From an archaeon (GTDB lineage Archaea > Methanobacteriota_B > Thermococci > Methanofastidiosales > NM3): DNA of 52,636 bases. The notes below the pieces were generated by a model. The model had not been told where the DNA came from and did not search any database. It saw nothing but the letters and a program-made list of their open reading frames with translations. A program made the translations under genes and the position numbers. This document shows positions 1-11,016 of this stretch, in pieces. Where the stretch lies: positions 1 through 52,636 of the forward strand of contig RXIG01000014.1 in assembly GCA_004212155.1 (NCBI GenBank). Direction: 5' to 3'. Every line of letters starts with the position of its first letter. The first letter of the stretch is position 1.

Positions 1-2
1 AC

Positions 3-1097
3 ATCGGTGTGCTGGGGTCGGGCATCTCGTATGCCTACGTCAAGGAGGCAGTTGCCCTTCTCGGTGTCGATGTCGAGGTCCTCAAGCTCGGCACGGTCCA
101 TCCACTGCCCAAAGATCTCATCACCACGTTCATCACCGGCAAGAGGAAGGTCGTCATCGTCGAGGAGATGGAGCCCGTGGTCGAGGAGCAGGTCAAGGCG
201 CTCGCCTACGAGCTCGGCCTCAATGTCGATATCCACGGAAAGGACGTCATACCCCGCGTCGGCGAGCTCACCACGACGCGCGTGAAGGCCGGCCTTGCCC
301 GTGCGCTCTCGCTTCCCCCCGATGAGCCTGTGGAGACAGAGGGCCTGGCGCTTCCGCCCCGCCCGCCCACGCTGTGCCCGGGCTGTCCGCACCGCGCGAC
401 GTTTTACTGCATCAACAAGGTGGCCAAGAAGTCGATCAAGACAAGCGACATCGGATGCTACACGCTGGGCGTTGTCGCCCCGCTCTCGGCCGTCGACACG
501 ACGCTGTGCATGGGCGCAAGCATCGGCGTGGCATGCGGCCTTGCCGCCGCGGGCAACAAGGGCGTCTTTGCCACCATCGGCGATTCGACGTTCTTTCACA
601 CTGGCATCCCCCCGCTCATCGACGCGGTCTACAACGGGCACGACATCAACGTCGTCGTGCTCGACAACAGGACCACCGCGATGACGGGTCACCAACCGCA
701 CCCCGGAACGGGCTGGACGGCAACGAGGCGCGAGGCCCCAAAGATCGACATCGCCGAGCTGTGCACCTCGATAGGCGCTTACACGCAGGTCGTCGACCCC
801 CAGGACCTCGACGACACGGTCGAGGCCATGAAGCGCGCGCGAGACCACGAGGGCGTCTCGGTCATCGTCGCGAAGCGACCATGCGCCCTGCTCGTCGGAC
901 CACTCGAGCGCGATGCGGAGCACTTCGAGGTCGACACCGAGATATGCAACGGGTGCAAGGTCTGCATCAAGCAGCTCGGGTGCCCGGCACTCCTCTTTGA
1001 CGAAGAATCTAAAAAGGCAGAAATTGATACCCTACTGTGCACCGGTTGCGGCGTCTGCGCCCAGGTGTGCCCCTTCAACGCGATAACGAGCATGTGA
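3..1097 (+). CDS. iorA: Indolepyruvate ferredoxin oxidoreductase alpha subunit (5'-truncated by window edge)
   Basis: PPRPPTLCPGCPHR, SDIGCYTLG, TPP motif GDSTFFHTG...DNRTTAMTGHQPHPG, C-terminal 2x[4Fe-4S] (CNGCKVC...CP; CTGCGVCAQVCP); frame is open back to the window start. Confidence 0.93.
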   Translation: MGVLGSGISYAYVKEAVALLGVDVEVLKLGTVHPLPKDLITTFITGKRKVVIVEEMEPVVEEQVKALAYELGLNVDIHGKDVIPRVGELTTTRVKAGLARALSLPPDEPVETEGLALPPRPPTLCPGCPHRATFYCINKVAKKSIKTSDIGCYTLGVVAPLSAVDTTLCMGASIGVACGLAAAGNKGVFATIGDSTFFHTGIPPLIDAVYNGHDINVVVLDNRTTAMTGHQPHPGTGWTATRREAPKIDIAELCTSIGAYTQVVDPQDLDDTVEAMKRARDHEGVSVIVAKRPCALLVGPLERDAEHFEVDTEICNGCKVCIKQLGCPALLFDEESKKAEIDTLLCTGCGVCAQVCPFNAITSM

Positions 1098-1101
1098 TAC
1101 G

Positions 1102-2766
1102 ATGGACGATGACTACGAGAAGTTCGAGGGCGTGATCTCCCGAGAAGAATTCGAGCGAAAGGTCAACGAGAAGATCAAGGAGTTCCAGGGTCTCCTTACC
1201 CGAGAGGGCGCGATATCGATACTTGCCTCCGAGCTTGGCGTGACGCTCTCGCAGCCCAAGGACGTCTCCATCACCATATCGGATATAAAGGAAGGCATGA
1301 CCAACATCGACATCGTCGGCAAGATCGCCCGCATCTCCGAGGTAAAGCAGTTCGTGCGGCGCACGACGGGCACGACAGGCAAGATACTCAGCCTCGAGCT
1401 GGCAGACGAGACCGGCACCATCCGCGTGGCGCTCTGGGACGACGATGCCGACGCTGCAAGCACGCTCAATGCCGGCGACACGATCGAGGTCGTCAGCGCA
1501 TATGCGAAAAAGGGCCTCAACAACTCACTTGAGCTCTCGCTCTCGCGCAAGGGCACGGTCAAGCGAAGCGATGCCGAGGTCGACGTGCCGGTGAAGGGGC
1601 CGGAACACGTCGAGATAGCCTCGCTTGCCGAGAACATGTACAACGTCACGCTTGTCGGCGTCGTTGCAGGCGTCTCCGACGTCAGGGAGTACGAGCGCAG
1701 CGGCCGTTCGTTCAAGGTGTGCAGCCTCTTCTTGCGCGACAACACCGGACAGGTGCGTGTCTCGCTGTGGAACAAGCATGCGGAACGGACCCGCTCGCTA
1801 TCCATGGGCGATGTCGTACGGTTCGTGGGATGCCATACGAAGATGGGCCTCAACGGCGTCGAGGTCCAGACGAACTCCTACACGCAGTTTGAGACCAATC
1901 CCGACATCGACGGCCTCTCGCTTCCCACCATCGATGCCGACGTGCAGCTCTCCGAGCTTTCCACCGACAATCAGTTCTTCTCGGTGCGCGGCGTCGTCAC
2001 GCAGGTCTACGAGCCCCGCTCGTTCTTTCGCGACGACGGCACAGAGGTCATGGTGGGCTCGCTCGAGATCGAGGACGGCACCGGGTCGTGCAAGGTCACA
2101 CTGTGGGAGGAGAAGGCGGAGATCCTCTCGACGCTGGCACCCGGCACATCGCTGTGCCTGGAGGGGTGCAGGGCGCGCGAGGGCCTTGACGGCCTTGAGA
2201 TCAGCATCGGGCGCACCGGACGCGTGACGCCCTCCATACCCGACGAGGTCAACCAGGACGTGCCGGCCGAGGGGCTCGCACGCGTCGTCGAGGCCAAGGA
2301 CGGCGCATTGAAGGTTGCATCGACGCACGGCAGATTCACCCTCCTTACCGACGATGAGTTCGAGGCAGGAACGCTCGTGCGCTACGCGGGAACGGTCGAC
2401 GGCACCCAGGTCAGCGCCTCGTCAGTGACAAGATCGGACGAACACTACCCCTCACTCGACGAGCTCACCTCGCCGCCGCGCCACGCCATCGAAGCGGTCG
2501 GTGCGGGACGCCTCGTCTCGATAGCGGGACTCGTCAGGGCGGCCACGAAGGTGCGCGAGGACTGCATCCTCCTGCGCGTGGACGACGGCACCGGCACGAT
2601 CACGGGATATTGCTCCGATGGCGTCGACGAGGGAAGGGAATACGCTTTTATAGGCAGGACCATCGACAATGGCGTGGGAGTCGAGTTCGTATCACAAGAC
2701 CTCCAACCGATCGACGCGGAACGGGAGGCATACCGATTATTAGAAGAGTTTGGAGAGTACGATTAA
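1102..2766 (+). CDS. rpa: Replication protein A (multi-OB-fold ssDNA-binding protein)
   Basis: N-terminal '[17 protein letters not shown]' then repeated OB folds ([47 protein letters not shown]); directly upstream of radA. Confidence 0.88.
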   Translation: MDDDYEKFEGVISREEFERKVNEKIKEFQGLLTREGAISILASELGVTLSQPKDVSITISDIKEGMTNIDIVGKIARISEVKQFVRRTTGTTGKILSLELADETGTIRVALWDDDADAASTLNAGDTIEVVSAYAKKGLNNSLELSLSRKGTVKRSDAEVDVPVKGPEHVEIASLAENMYNVTLVGVVAGVSDVREYERSGRSFKVCSLFLRDNTGQVRVSLWNKHAERTRSLSMGDVVRFVGCHTKMGLNGVEVQTNSYTQFETNPDIDGLSLPTIDADVQLSELSTDNQFFSVRGVVTQVYEPRSFFRDDGTEVMVGSLEIEDGTGSCKVTLWEEKAEILSTLAPGTSLCLEGCRAREGLDGLEISIGRTGRVTPSIPDEVNQDVPAEGLARVVEAKDGALKVASTHGRFTLLTDDEFEAGTLVRYAGTVDGTQVSASSVTRSDEHYPSLDELTSPPRHAIEAVGAGRLVSIAGLVRAATKVREDCILLRVDDGTGTITGYCSDGVDEGREYAFIGRTIDNGVGVEFVSQDLQPIDAEREAYRLLEEFGEYD

Positions 2767-2767
2767 C

Positions 2768-3718
2768 ATGAGCGACGTAATCAGGAACATAGACGACCTG
2801 CCCGGCGTAGGGCCCGTCACTGCGGAGAAGCTGCGCGGCGGAGGATTCAGCAGTATCGAGGCCATCGCGGTCTCATCACCGCTGGAGCTTCACGAGGTGG
2901 CAGACATCACTGAATCGACCGCTGCGAAGGTGATCGCCGCCGCGCGCGAGGCGGCCGACATCGGAGGATTCCTCTCGGGCGAGGAGGTCTATGAGAAGCG
3001 CCAGAGCATCGGACGCATCACGTCGGGCAGCACCCGCCTCAACGAGCTCATCGGCGGTGGATTCGAGACACAGGCCATAGTGGAGGCGTTCGGCGAGTTT
3101 GGCAGCGGCAAGTCGCAGATCGCACACCAGCTCGCGGTCAATGTCCAACTCCCGGTGGAGCAGGGCGGCCTCGACTCGGGCGCCGTCTACATCGACACGG
3201 AAAACACGTTTCGCCCGGAGCGCATCATGGGCATGGCGGAGCACATGGGCCGCGACCCCCGCGAGGCGCTGCGAAACATCCATATCGCGCGCGCGTTCAA
3301 CTCGAGCCACCAGATCCTCCTTGCCGAACGGGCCGAGGACCTCTTCGAGGAGGGAGGCTCGCGCCTGCTTATCGTCGACTCGCTCACCTCGATGTTCCGT
3401 GCCGAGTATGTGGGGCGCGGCACGCTTGCCGAACGACAGCAAAAGCTCGGAATGCACTTGCGACAGCTCCACAAGATAGCAAACGTCTACGATTCGTGCG
3501 TCTTTGTCACCAATCAGGTCTCGGCCAAGCCCGACGCCTTCTTCGGCGACCCCACGCGCCCCGTGGGCGGACATGTGCTGGGACACTCCGCGACGCTTCG
3601 CCTCTACCTTCGAAAGAGCAAGCAGGGACAGCGCATCGCGCGACTCGTGGACTCGCCGTCGCTTCCCGAGGGCGAGGCGCTCTTCATGGTCACAGAACAC
3701 GGGATCGAGGACAAGTAA
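2768..3718 (+). CDS. radA: DNA repair and recombination protein RadA
   Basis: N-terminal HhH (DLPGVGP), Walker [48 protein letters not shown]; ATG at 2768. Confidence 0.97.
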   Translation: MSDVIRNIDDLPGVGPVTAEKLRGGGFSSIEAIAVSSPLELHEVADITESTAAKVIAAAREAADIGGFLSGEEVYEKRQSIGRITSGSTRLNELIGGGFETQAIVEAFGEFGSGKSQIAHQLAVNVQLPVEQGGLDSGAVYIDTENTFRPERIMGMAEHMGRDPREALRNIHIARAFNSSHQILLAERAEDLFEEGGSRLLIVDSLTSMFRAEYVGRGTLAERQQKLGMHLRQLHKIANVYDSCVFVTNQVSAKPDAFFGDPTRPVGGHVLGHSATLRLYLRKSKQGQRIARLVDSPSLPEGEALFMVTEHGIEDK

Positions 3719-3729
3719 GGTGCCTGCTG

Positions 3730-4497
3730 ATGGATGTCGGCTATCTCATCGATATCGACGGAGTCGTGAAGATCGAGGACGAGCCGATACCGTCAGGCGT
3801 CTCATTTGTCAGGTCGCTTCTTGACCATGGCGTTCCCTTTCTTTTCATCACAAACAACGCGACGCGCACGGTAGGTGAGAATGTCTCCCTGTTGCGGCGG
3901 CTCGGCATGCCAATTGGCCCGGAACACGTGGTGACCTCCGGTCTCGTCACCGCCGAGCACATTGCTGAGACCGCCCCCGACGCCCGCGTCTACGCCATCG
4001 GGGAGCAGGGTCTTCGCGACACGCTCGCATCCAAGGGGGTCAAGCTCACCGACGATGACCCGACGCACGTCGTCGTGGCGCTCGACTGGTCGTTTTCCTA
4101 CGACAAGATGCGTCGTGCCACGCGCGCGGTTCGCGAGGGGGCAATGTTTATCGCGACCAACATCGACAGGACGTTTCCCTCTGCAGAGGGCCTCATTCCC
4201 GGCGCCGGCGCGCTCGTGGCGTCGATCGAGGCCGCCACCGATGTGACACCGATGTCGATGGGAAAACCGTTCGCACCAATATTTTCCTATTCTCTTTCGC
4301 GCCTCGGCATCCCGAGGGAGTCGGTCTACATGATCGGCGACCGCATCGACACGGACATCAACGGCGCCCGTGATGCGGGCATACGTTCCATACTCGTGCT
4401 CTCCGGCGTGACCACGAGGGAGACGTTGCAGGGAGACGAACCGTATGACCTATGCATCGACTCGCTTGACGAGCTGTCGTGGAGGGGTCCGGGATGA
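3730..4497 (+). CDS. HAD-IIA family hydrolase (NagD-like)
   Basis: DIDGV, ITNN, GKP, MIGDRIDTDI, LVLSGVT motifs; ATG at 3730. Confidence 0.9.
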   Translation: MDVGYLIDIDGVVKIEDEPIPSGVSFVRSLLDHGVPFLFITNNATRTVGENVSLLRRLGMPIGPEHVVTSGLVTAEHIAETAPDARVYAIGEQGLRDTLASKGVKLTDDDPTHVVVALDWSFSYDKMRRATRAVREGAMFIATNIDRTFPSAEGLIPGAGALVASIEAATDVTPMSMGKPFAPIFSYSLSRLGIPRESVYMIGDRIDTDINGARDAGIRSILVLSGVTTRETLQGDEPYDLCIDSLDELSWRGPG

Positions 4498-5141
4498 TCG
4501 GTGTCGACGAGGCGGGGCGGGGCCCCGTCCTGGGTCCGCTCGTCGTTGCCGCCGTGCTCGTCGATGACGCCGAGACGTTCGGGACGCTTGGCGTGAAGGA
4601 CTCAAAAAAGCTTACTCCTGCTCGTCGCGAGCGCCTCTTCCAGGAGCTTCTCTCGTGCACGACCGTGGCCGTGGAGAGCGTCGAGCCGTGTGACATCGAC
4701 GGCCATCGGCGCTCATGTTCGCTCAACGACATCGAGACGGACACGTTCGTGCGTGCCCTCTCGCGCCTCCCCTACAGGGGACAGGAGATATACGTTGATT
4801 GCTGCGACACGGTGGAGGAGCGATTCGGAAGGCTCATCTCCGAGCGCCTTGGTGGGGCGACGGTGCACTCGCGCCATCATGCCGATACCGAGGTGCCATG
4901 CGTCTCTGCGGCATCGATCGTGGCAAAGGTCGTGCGCGACAGGGCGATCGCCTCCATAAATGAACAGGTGCAGCAGCGATGGGGCATCTCGGCGGGCAGC
5001 GGTTATCCAATCGATGCCACCACCGTGGCGTTCCTGCGGTTCGTGCAGAGAAACGAGATCAGATTCCCGTCATTCGTTCGACGGTCGTGGGCCACGGCAC
5101 GACGGTTCAATCAGTCAACGCTTGATGCCCACGATGAATGA
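4494..5141 (+). CDS. rnhB: Ribonuclease HII
   Basis: GVDEAGRGPVLGP, KDSKKL, VSAASIVAKV, GSGY; C-terminal QSTLD resembles a PIP box; ATGA overlap with upstream gene. Confidence 0.95.
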   Translation: MIGVDEAGRGPVLGPLVVAAVLVDDAETFGTLGVKDSKKLTPARRERLFQELLSCTTVAVESVEPCDIDGHRRSCSLNDIETDTFVRALSRLPYRGQEIYVDCCDTVEERFGRLISERLGGATVHSRHHADTEVPCVSAASIVAKVVRDRAIASINEQVQQRWGISAGSGYPIDATTVAFLRFVQRNEIRFPSFVRRSWATARRFNQSTLDAHDE

Positions 5142-5765
5142 GTGGTCGTGTTCGTACTCGCTGATGTCCACGGTCTCGGTGACGTCGACGAACGGCTTAA
5201 GGGTCGCCACCTCCTTCTTGAACACCAATTCGGGATCCTTCGTGACATCGATGCTTCGCGCCTTGATGCAGAGCATGATATGCCCCCCAGGCCTCAGGAA
5301 GGGAAGATTGCGCACGAGGATGTCGGCCTGTTCGACCTGGGCGATGTCCTGGTAGATGACATCGACCTTCTCGATGAGAGGCGCATAGCTCAAGGGATCC
5401 TTCGCGTCTGCGAGGATGGGCACGATGTTGGGGCGCTCGCGGGCGACGTTGAGGAACTCGCGCATGGAGCGCGGTGCGAACTCGACGGCATAGACGACGC
5501 CGCTGTCGACGATGTCGGAGATGTGCGAGACCGTCGTGCCGGTGGCAGCGCCAAGGTAGAGCACCTTGGACGTGCCAGTAAACGGCAGGTCCATGAGCCC
5601 CGAGGAGAGCGCCGAGGCGAGCTTTGAGCGGTACGGATTCCAGACGCGGTATTCGATGCCGTCGCGCTCGATGAGCTTCTCTCCGTAGACGCGCCGTCCG
5701 GGAACCAGATTCCTGGTAAGGTAGCCGCGCTCATCGGCGTAGACGTGGGAAAACACTTCCTTCAT
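5115..5765 (-). CDS. flpA: Fibrillarin-like rRNA/tRNA 2'-O-methyltransferase
   Basis: VYGEKL, YRVWNPYRSKL, VLYLGAATGTTVSH, YQDIAQ, IKARSIDVT; start at 5765 overlaps the nop5 stop. Confidence 0.96.
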   Translation of the reverse strand: MKEVFSHVYADERGYLTRNLVPGRRVYGEKLIERDGIEYRVWNPYRSKLASALSSGLMDLPFTGTSKVLYLGAATGTTVSHISDIVDSGVVYAVEFAPRSMREFLNVARERPNIVPILADAKDPLSYAPLIEKVDVIYQDIAQVEQADILVRNLPFLRPGGHIMLCIKARSIDVTKDPELVFKKEVATLKPFVDVTETVDISEYEHDHSFIVGIKR

Positions 5766-6853
5766 CGAGACTTCCTCCTTCCCTTCTTCTTGCGCCGGGG
5801 GGGATACTGGTGTTTCTTGCGTACCTCCTCCACCCGCGCGTCGATGCGCGCCTGGAGCTCGGAGGCCACCATGTTGCCCGAGTGGTAGTCGACCCGCGCC
5901 GCGATGGCAAGCTCGGAAGCGAGCGTACGCGCGATCTTTCCGCTCTGCCACGGCTTAGCGGTGTGCACGAGGGGATGTTGAAAGATGATGCCGTGCTTTG
6001 GAGGCTTGGCACCCGTCTTGAGGTGGCGGAAGAGCGCCTTTTCCGCCCCTAGCACCTGGACCGTCGAAGCAGGTTTGCGCGCCAGATTCGCAAGCCCCCC
6101 CGCAAGCGCGATGAGCCGTGCGGCGATGAGCGGTCCTGCAAGCTCGGTGAGGTTCGGCGCCACCGCCCTGACACCCTCCTCGATGTAGTCGGTGTAGTCC
6201 TTTCGCACCGTGCTCAGGTAGACCACCTGCTTCGCAAGCGATCGGATCGCCTCCATGTCGCGCGCGGAGAGCTCGACGCCGACGCTCTGTTGCGCGGCGG
6301 CCTGTATGTCGTTGCCAGGGATGTTTTCCCGTTGCCCGTGCTCAGCGATCAGGGTGCAATACTGCACGTTGTCGACGACGAGCCGCTCAAGCTCAGGGAA
6401 GTGGATGCCATACCATTCGACGAGCCGCTCGGTAAAGAGGTTTATCGTCTGGTCGAGCTCGTCGATGGCATTGGTCGCCTGGGAGATTGAGAGGCCCTTG
6501 GACGATGCGGTCGTGCGGAGTCGCTGCTCCACCAGCGAGAGCGTCATGTCCCTTTGAAATTCCATGGACGCCGCCAGGTCCTCGCCGGCCTGTTTGAGCG
6601 CGCCCTCATGGAACGCCTGGCGCTCCTCGAGGGGCAAGAGCTTGCATCCGAGCCATGAGGCGATGGCATGATTGTCACACCGGTCGATGTCCCGCTGCGC
6701 CAGCTGGCCGAGCATGTCGGGCACCTCGCCCTCCCACAGCGATGAGAATAATGTTGCGACGTCCTTGGCGTCGCCGGGAAACGCTATGGTCTCAATGAGC
6801 GCGCCCTTCTCGTCGAGCAGCAGCATGCCACGAACGGTGGTGATGAGTATCAT
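5762..6853 (-). CDS. nop5: C/D box sRNP protein Nop5 (Nop56/58)
   Basis: EWYGIHFPEL, APNL...GPLIAARLI, PASTVQVLGAEKALF, PPKHGIIFQHP, Lys/Arg-rich tail; operon with fibrillarin. Confidence 0.96.
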   Translation of the reverse strand: MILITTVRGMLLLDEKGALIETIAFPGDAKDVATLFSSLWEGEVPDMLGQLAQRDIDRCDNHAIASWLGCKLLPLEERQAFHEGALKQAGEDLAASMEFQRDMTLSLVEQRLRTTASSKGLSISQATNAIDELDQTINLFTERLVEWYGIHFPELERLVVDNVQYCTLIAEHGQRENIPGNDIQAAAQQSVGVELSARDMEAIRSLAKQVVYLSTVRKDYTDYIEEGVRAVAPNLTELAGPLIAARLIALAGGLANLARKPASTVQVLGAEKALFRHLKTGAKPPKHGIIFQHPLVHTAKPWQSGKIARTLASELAIAARVDYHSGNMVASELQARIDARVEEVRKKHQYPPRRKKKGRRKSR

Positions 6854-6983
6854 GGTATCATACCTACCTGATTGGTCATATTTAAATATCTACTGCTGTG
6901 TTGCCTGGGCAAAAAACAGAGCCTTCAAAAACTTTGTTCAGGAAAAAAAGAAGTGGTGGGAAATAGGAAGAAAAGATGATGGT

Positions 6984-7913
6984 TTATCCTTCTTCCTCAA
7001 AGAAATCATCATGTTCATCTGCAATTTCCTTGCGTTGCTCCAAGTACGAGGCAGAATTTTCATGTGCGGTGTCCCGCTCATCTACGAACTCGTCGAGGAG
7101 CGTGGCAAGTGCCGTTCCGTCCGCGGGAAAGTCTTGCGGATGATCTTGTTCGATGGCCTTCATGCCATCGTAATGGTTTACCATCTCATCGTCGTGGGCA
7201 TTTTGCTCATGTATCAGCTGGCTGGCGGTCTCCATGTTCTCGTTGCTGGCCGCATATGCTGCATCCTTGAGGAACCCCAGCGACTTGATCGTGTGGTCGC
7301 TCATCTCTACGAGGTGCGTGGCATATTGCGTGACGTAGCCCACCTCTATCTTCTGTGCCAGCTCGAGCATCGATTCTGCCGTCAGGAGGAGATCTTCCCA
7401 CTTGTCCTCCGAAAGGTTGGCAGCGGATATCGCCGACTGGTAGTTGCCGTCGTTGTAGTACGATACCGCGTCCAAGTATTGTTGAACCGCGGAATCAAAT
7501 GATCCCTGGAATGCGTCGTAGTGCTGTCCGAACTTGAGCGAATAGATGATCTTGTCGTTCCATTCGAACTGTTCCAAGTATGCCTCGATCTCCTTTTCCC
7601 ACAGATTGACATATTCATTCAAAAAGTCCTTGTCCAGGTCGTCCGCCAGCGGCCTGAGATCCTGGACCTTGTTTAATCCTTCCTGGTATTCCGAGTAAGC
7701 GGCCTCGTACTTGGTGAGCGCTAGGTCGTACTGGTCCTGCTGCAGCGCCTCGTTGCCTTCGTCCTTTAGCTCATCACCGGCGTTGAGGTACTCGTTTGCG
7801 GCATCGACGGTGCTGTTCCATTCCTCGATGTTCTCATCGTCGCCCCCCATGCATCCTGAAGCTGCCACCACCGGTATGAGCAGCAGCATGGTCAATAGCA
7901 GTCTTTTCTTGAT
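6984..7913 (-). CDS. Hypothetical lipoprotein with helical/TPR-like repeats (start uncertain, possibly ATC at 7913)
   Basis: KKR + hydrophobic stretch + lipobox ASGC; acidic helical repeats (GNEALQQDQYDLA, AVSYYNDGNYQSA). Confidence 0.7.
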   Translation of the reverse strand: MKKRLLLTMLLLIPVVAASGCMGGDDENIEEWNSTVDAANEYLNAGDELKDEGNEALQQDQYDLALTKYEAAYSEYQEGLNKVQDLRPLADDLDKDFLNEYVNLWEKEIEAYLEQFEWNDKIIYSLKFGQHYDAFQGSFDSAVQQYLDAVSYYNDGNYQSAISAANLSEDKWEDLLLTAESMLELAQKIEVGYVTQYATHLVEMSDHTIKSLGFLKDAAYAASNENMETASQLIHEQNAHDDEMVNHYDGMKAIEQDHPQDFPADGTALATLLDEFVDERDTAHENSASYLEQRKEIADEHDDFFEEEG

Positions 7914-8187
7914 TATATCACCACTAGTTCTCTCGGGAGCATTATAAAAATATTTTTTTATTGTTTATATCTTATAGCTCTCACTCGATCTCCATCATGT
8001 GATGGCCCCTCCTTCTTGGGCGATGAGGTCCTTCGCTCGAGCATATCGATAGAACATGCCGGCACATATGGCTACTTGCCTGTATGAGCACACAAGGCCA
8101 TACAGCGGCCATATGTTGTTCTTTTTTCTTCCCTATTTGAAAAAACTTATAAAGATACAGCCTTATCTTCACTACGAGGAGATTCTG

Positions 8188-8934
8188 TTGCCCAAGCTTT
8201 CAGTGTCAGAAATATATGGTATCTCGGCGAGTGTTTATAGGGAGAACTTCTTGAAGCTTCTCATACCCGTCATCATCCCGGTCATACTGCTGGTGGGCGT
8301 CTCCCTCATATTCTACATATCGACGCTTCCAACGCTCATAATCGACGATATCGCCCAGTACTACTCATTCTCCTCGTATAAGGCGCTCGAGCAGATCCTC
8401 GGCACGTGGTACTATATCTTCATAGGCGTCATAGCGGTCTACATCGTGATGAACATCTATTCTGTGTCTGCGATCGTCGGCGTCATCAGCGAGGGGCTTG
8501 CCACAGGCTCGCTCTCGCTCGATGAGGGCGCGCGAAGCGGCGTGCGCGGCTTCGTGCACAGCGTCATCCCCCTCGCGGTCCTGCTCGTCCTGACGTATTA
8601 CATGCTTACCACGTACGGGCGATATTCGCTCATCGTGACGTTCATACTCTCCTACCTTGGCGTCTATACGATCTCTGCCAGCGTGGTGGAACATGCCGTG
8701 ATCATCAAAAACATCGCCTTTAGCATACGCGACGTGGTACGTGCGCCGCTCTTCTCGATGGTCGTCTTCGTCGTTCCCGTAGCCATGGTCCTGCTCGCGG
8801 GGGGCGTGGTGCTCAGGCTCTCCATCACCTATCTTCCCGAGTTCGTTCTCGTGACCACGCCGATAGCGATGATGATCGTCATACCGTATGCGTCCATCAT
8901 CAACGCCATCGCCTACCTATCGCTGCGGCAGTGA
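8188..8934 (+). CDS. Hypothetical multi-pass membrane protein
   Basis: About 6 hydrophobic segments; GAGGAG precedes TTG at 8188. Confidence 0.7.
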   Translation: MPKLSVSEIYGISASVYRENFLKLLIPVIIPVILLVGVSLIFYISTLPTLIIDDIAQYYSFSSYKALEQILGTWYYIFIGVIAVYIVMNIYSVSAIVGVISEGLATGSLSLDEGARSGVRGFVHSVIPLAVLLVLTYYMLTTYGRYSLIVTFILSYLGVYTISASVVEHAVIIKNIAFSIRDVVRAPLFSMVVFVVPVAMVLLAGGVVLRLSITYLPEFVLVTTPIAMMIVIPYASIINAIAYLSLRQ

Positions 8935-8938
8935 TCGC

Positions 8939-10618
8939 ATGTCTCGAATGGACGAGGCCCTGGACCGGCTCAAGGAAGAGATCGAGCAGGGCGTTATTCA
9001 TGACAGGGAAACGCTCGCTCGGCGCAAGCGAGAGGTCTCCGCCGCACTGCACCTTGAACGGATGCCATCGAACTCAGAGATCCTCGCCCGTATGGATCGC
9101 CCATATGACCTCCTCCGGCGCAAGCCCGTGAGGACGCTTTCCGGGGTCGCCGTCATTGCCGTCATGTCCCGGCCCGCTCCGTGCCCACACGGCACGTGCG
9201 TCTACTGTCCCGGAGGCCCGACTGCCGATGTGCCCCAGTCGTACACGGGTCATGAACCGGCCGCCATGCGCGCCATACAGAACAGGTACCATCCATTTCT
9301 TCAGGTCTACAAGCGCATCGAGCAGCTGCACTCTATAGGCCATCCCACCGACAAGGTGGAGCTTATCATCATGGGCGGAACCTTCCCGTCGCAGGACCTC
9401 GACTACCAGGAGTACTTCGTGCGCGAGTGCCTCTCTGCCATGAACCGTTTCGATCCGTCGGTGCCCGCGTCTGCCGTCGAGGAGGCCCTCTTTGGCGATA
9501 CGGACAATCCTTCATCGGACGCAACCCGGGCGCAAGCGCTCCTTTCCCGCAGGCCGCTGCTTCTCGAGGATGCCCAGAAGCGAAACGAACGGGCACGCAA
9601 TCGGTGCGTGGGCATGACCTTCGAGACGCGCCCCGACTGGTCGAAGCGGCCGCACATCGACCGCATGCTCCTCTACGGCGGAACGCGTGTCGAGCTCGGT
9701 GTGCAGACCGTCTACGACTTCATCTATGCCCGCGTCAAGCGCGGCCATACGACACGCGACAGCATCGAGGCAACAGCGCTTCTCAAGGACCAGGGGTTCA
9801 AGGTCAACTACCATATCATGCCCGGGCTTCCCGGTTCGGACAAGGGGCGTGACCTGCGCATGGTCGAGCGCATCGTCTCAGACCCCGAATACCGCCCCGA
9901 TATGATGAAGTTCTACACGTGCCTCGTCATGGAGAATACACCACTTCATGATGATTATGTGTTGGGCGACTATATACCCTACTCAACCGATGAGACGGTG
10001 GACCTGCTCGTTCGCGCCAAGTCGCTGCTCCCTCCGTGGATCAGGACGATGCGCATACAGCGCGACATCCCGACGACCCGTATCGCCGCAGGGGTGATGA
10101 GCTCGAACATGGGACAAATGGTCGAGGACGAGATGCACAGGCGCGGCGTGTCATGCCAATGCATCCGCTGCAGGGAGATAGGGCTGCAGAGCTACAAACG
10201 CGGCATCGAACACCACAGGGAGGACGTGAAACTCGTGACGCGCACGTATGACGCTTCGGGCGGCACCGAGGTCTTCCTCAGCTACGAGGACCAGCGCCAT
10301 GATGCGCTCATCGGCTTCCTGAGATTGCGCATACCGGGCGATCATGTGTTCCGAAGGGAGATAACCGAGAAAAGCGCGCTTGTCAGGGAACTGCACGTAT
10401 ATGGGCCCCTGGCCGCGCTCGGCACGAACGAGCGCGATCTGCCGTGGTGGCAGCATCAGGGATATGGAAAGAAGTTGCTTGCCGAGGCGGAGCGCATCGC
10501 GCATGAGCGTTACGGCGCGGCCAAGATGGTCGTGATATCGGGGATCGGCGTCAGGGAGTACTATCGTTCGCAGGGATACAGAAAGGAAGGGCCCTATGTT
10601 ACGAAGCGGCTTCCGTAA
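8939..10618 (+). CDS. elp3: Elp3 radical SAM/GNAT tRNA U34 modification enzyme
   Basis: RTLSGVAVIAVM, CPHGTCVYCPGG, ETRPD, RVELGVQ, RIQRDIP, CIRCRE, RELHVYG, QHQGYG, ISGIGVREYY. Confidence 0.96.
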   Translation: MSRMDEALDRLKEEIEQGVIHDRETLARRKREVSAALHLERMPSNSEILARMDRPYDLLRRKPVRTLSGVAVIAVMSRPAPCPHGTCVYCPGGPTADVPQSYTGHEPAAMRAIQNRYHPFLQVYKRIEQLHSIGHPTDKVELIIMGGTFPSQDLDYQEYFVRECLSAMNRFDPSVPASAVEEALFGDTDNPSSDATRAQALLSRRPLLLEDAQKRNERARNRCVGMTFETRPDWSKRPHIDRMLLYGGTRVELGVQTVYDFIYARVKRGHTTRDSIEATALLKDQGFKVNYHIMPGLPGSDKGRDLRMVERIVSDPEYRPDMMKFYTCLVMENTPLHDDYVLGDYIPYSTDETVDLLVRAKSLLPPWIRTMRIQRDIPTTRIAAGVMSSNMGQMVEDEMHRRGVSCQCIRCREIGLQSYKRGIEHHREDVKLVTRTYDASGGTEVFLSYEDQRHDALIGFLRLRIPGDHVFRREITEKSALVRELHVYGPLAALGTNERDLPWWQHQGYGKKLLAEAERIAHERYGAAKMVVISGIGVREYYRSQGYRKEGPYVTKRLP

Positions 10619-10651
10619 TCATCACGTAGGACGGAAGACCGGAAAGAATCG

Positions 10652-10972
10652 CTACAGTCGACCTATCGTCTCATTCATACGCTCCTCTATCGACTTGAAT
10701 CGCTCAAGGAGCGAAAGTCCGTCTTCGGTGAGCGTCGAACTGCCGCCGCCGGACCCGCCGCGCGAGCGATCTACCAGTTTCGTGTCCAGATTGCGTTCGA
10801 GCTTTCGTATCTTTTTCCACGCATGTGCATATGATATTCCGCTTTTGCGTGCCGCATCAGAAAGCGAACCCGTGGACCGGATGTGCTCGAGAAGCTCGCA
10901 TGTGCCCTCCCCAAGCAAGAACCGTCCTTCCGCATCCTCGAGCCACAGTTTGAACCTTGGATATATCTGCAT
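10652..10972 (-). CDS. ModE N-terminal-like winged-helix transcriptional regulator
   Basis: KLWLE...LGEG..ELL..I..TGSLSDAARKSGISYAHAW...RGGSGGGSSTLT. Confidence 0.88.
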   Translation of the reverse strand: MQIYPRFKLWLEDAEGRFLLGEGTCELLEHIRSTGSLSDAARKSGISYAHAWKKIRKLERNLDTKLVDRSRGGSGGGSSTLTEDGLSLLERFKSIEERMNETIGRL

Positions 10973-11016
10973 ACATATATCGGCACGGCAGACAATAAAA
11001 TCATTGTGCCATCGAT

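Noticed and set aside
7981-8172. 63-aa minus-strand ORF
   Set aside because: Atypical composition, no SD, and it overlaps the promoter region of the 8188 gene.
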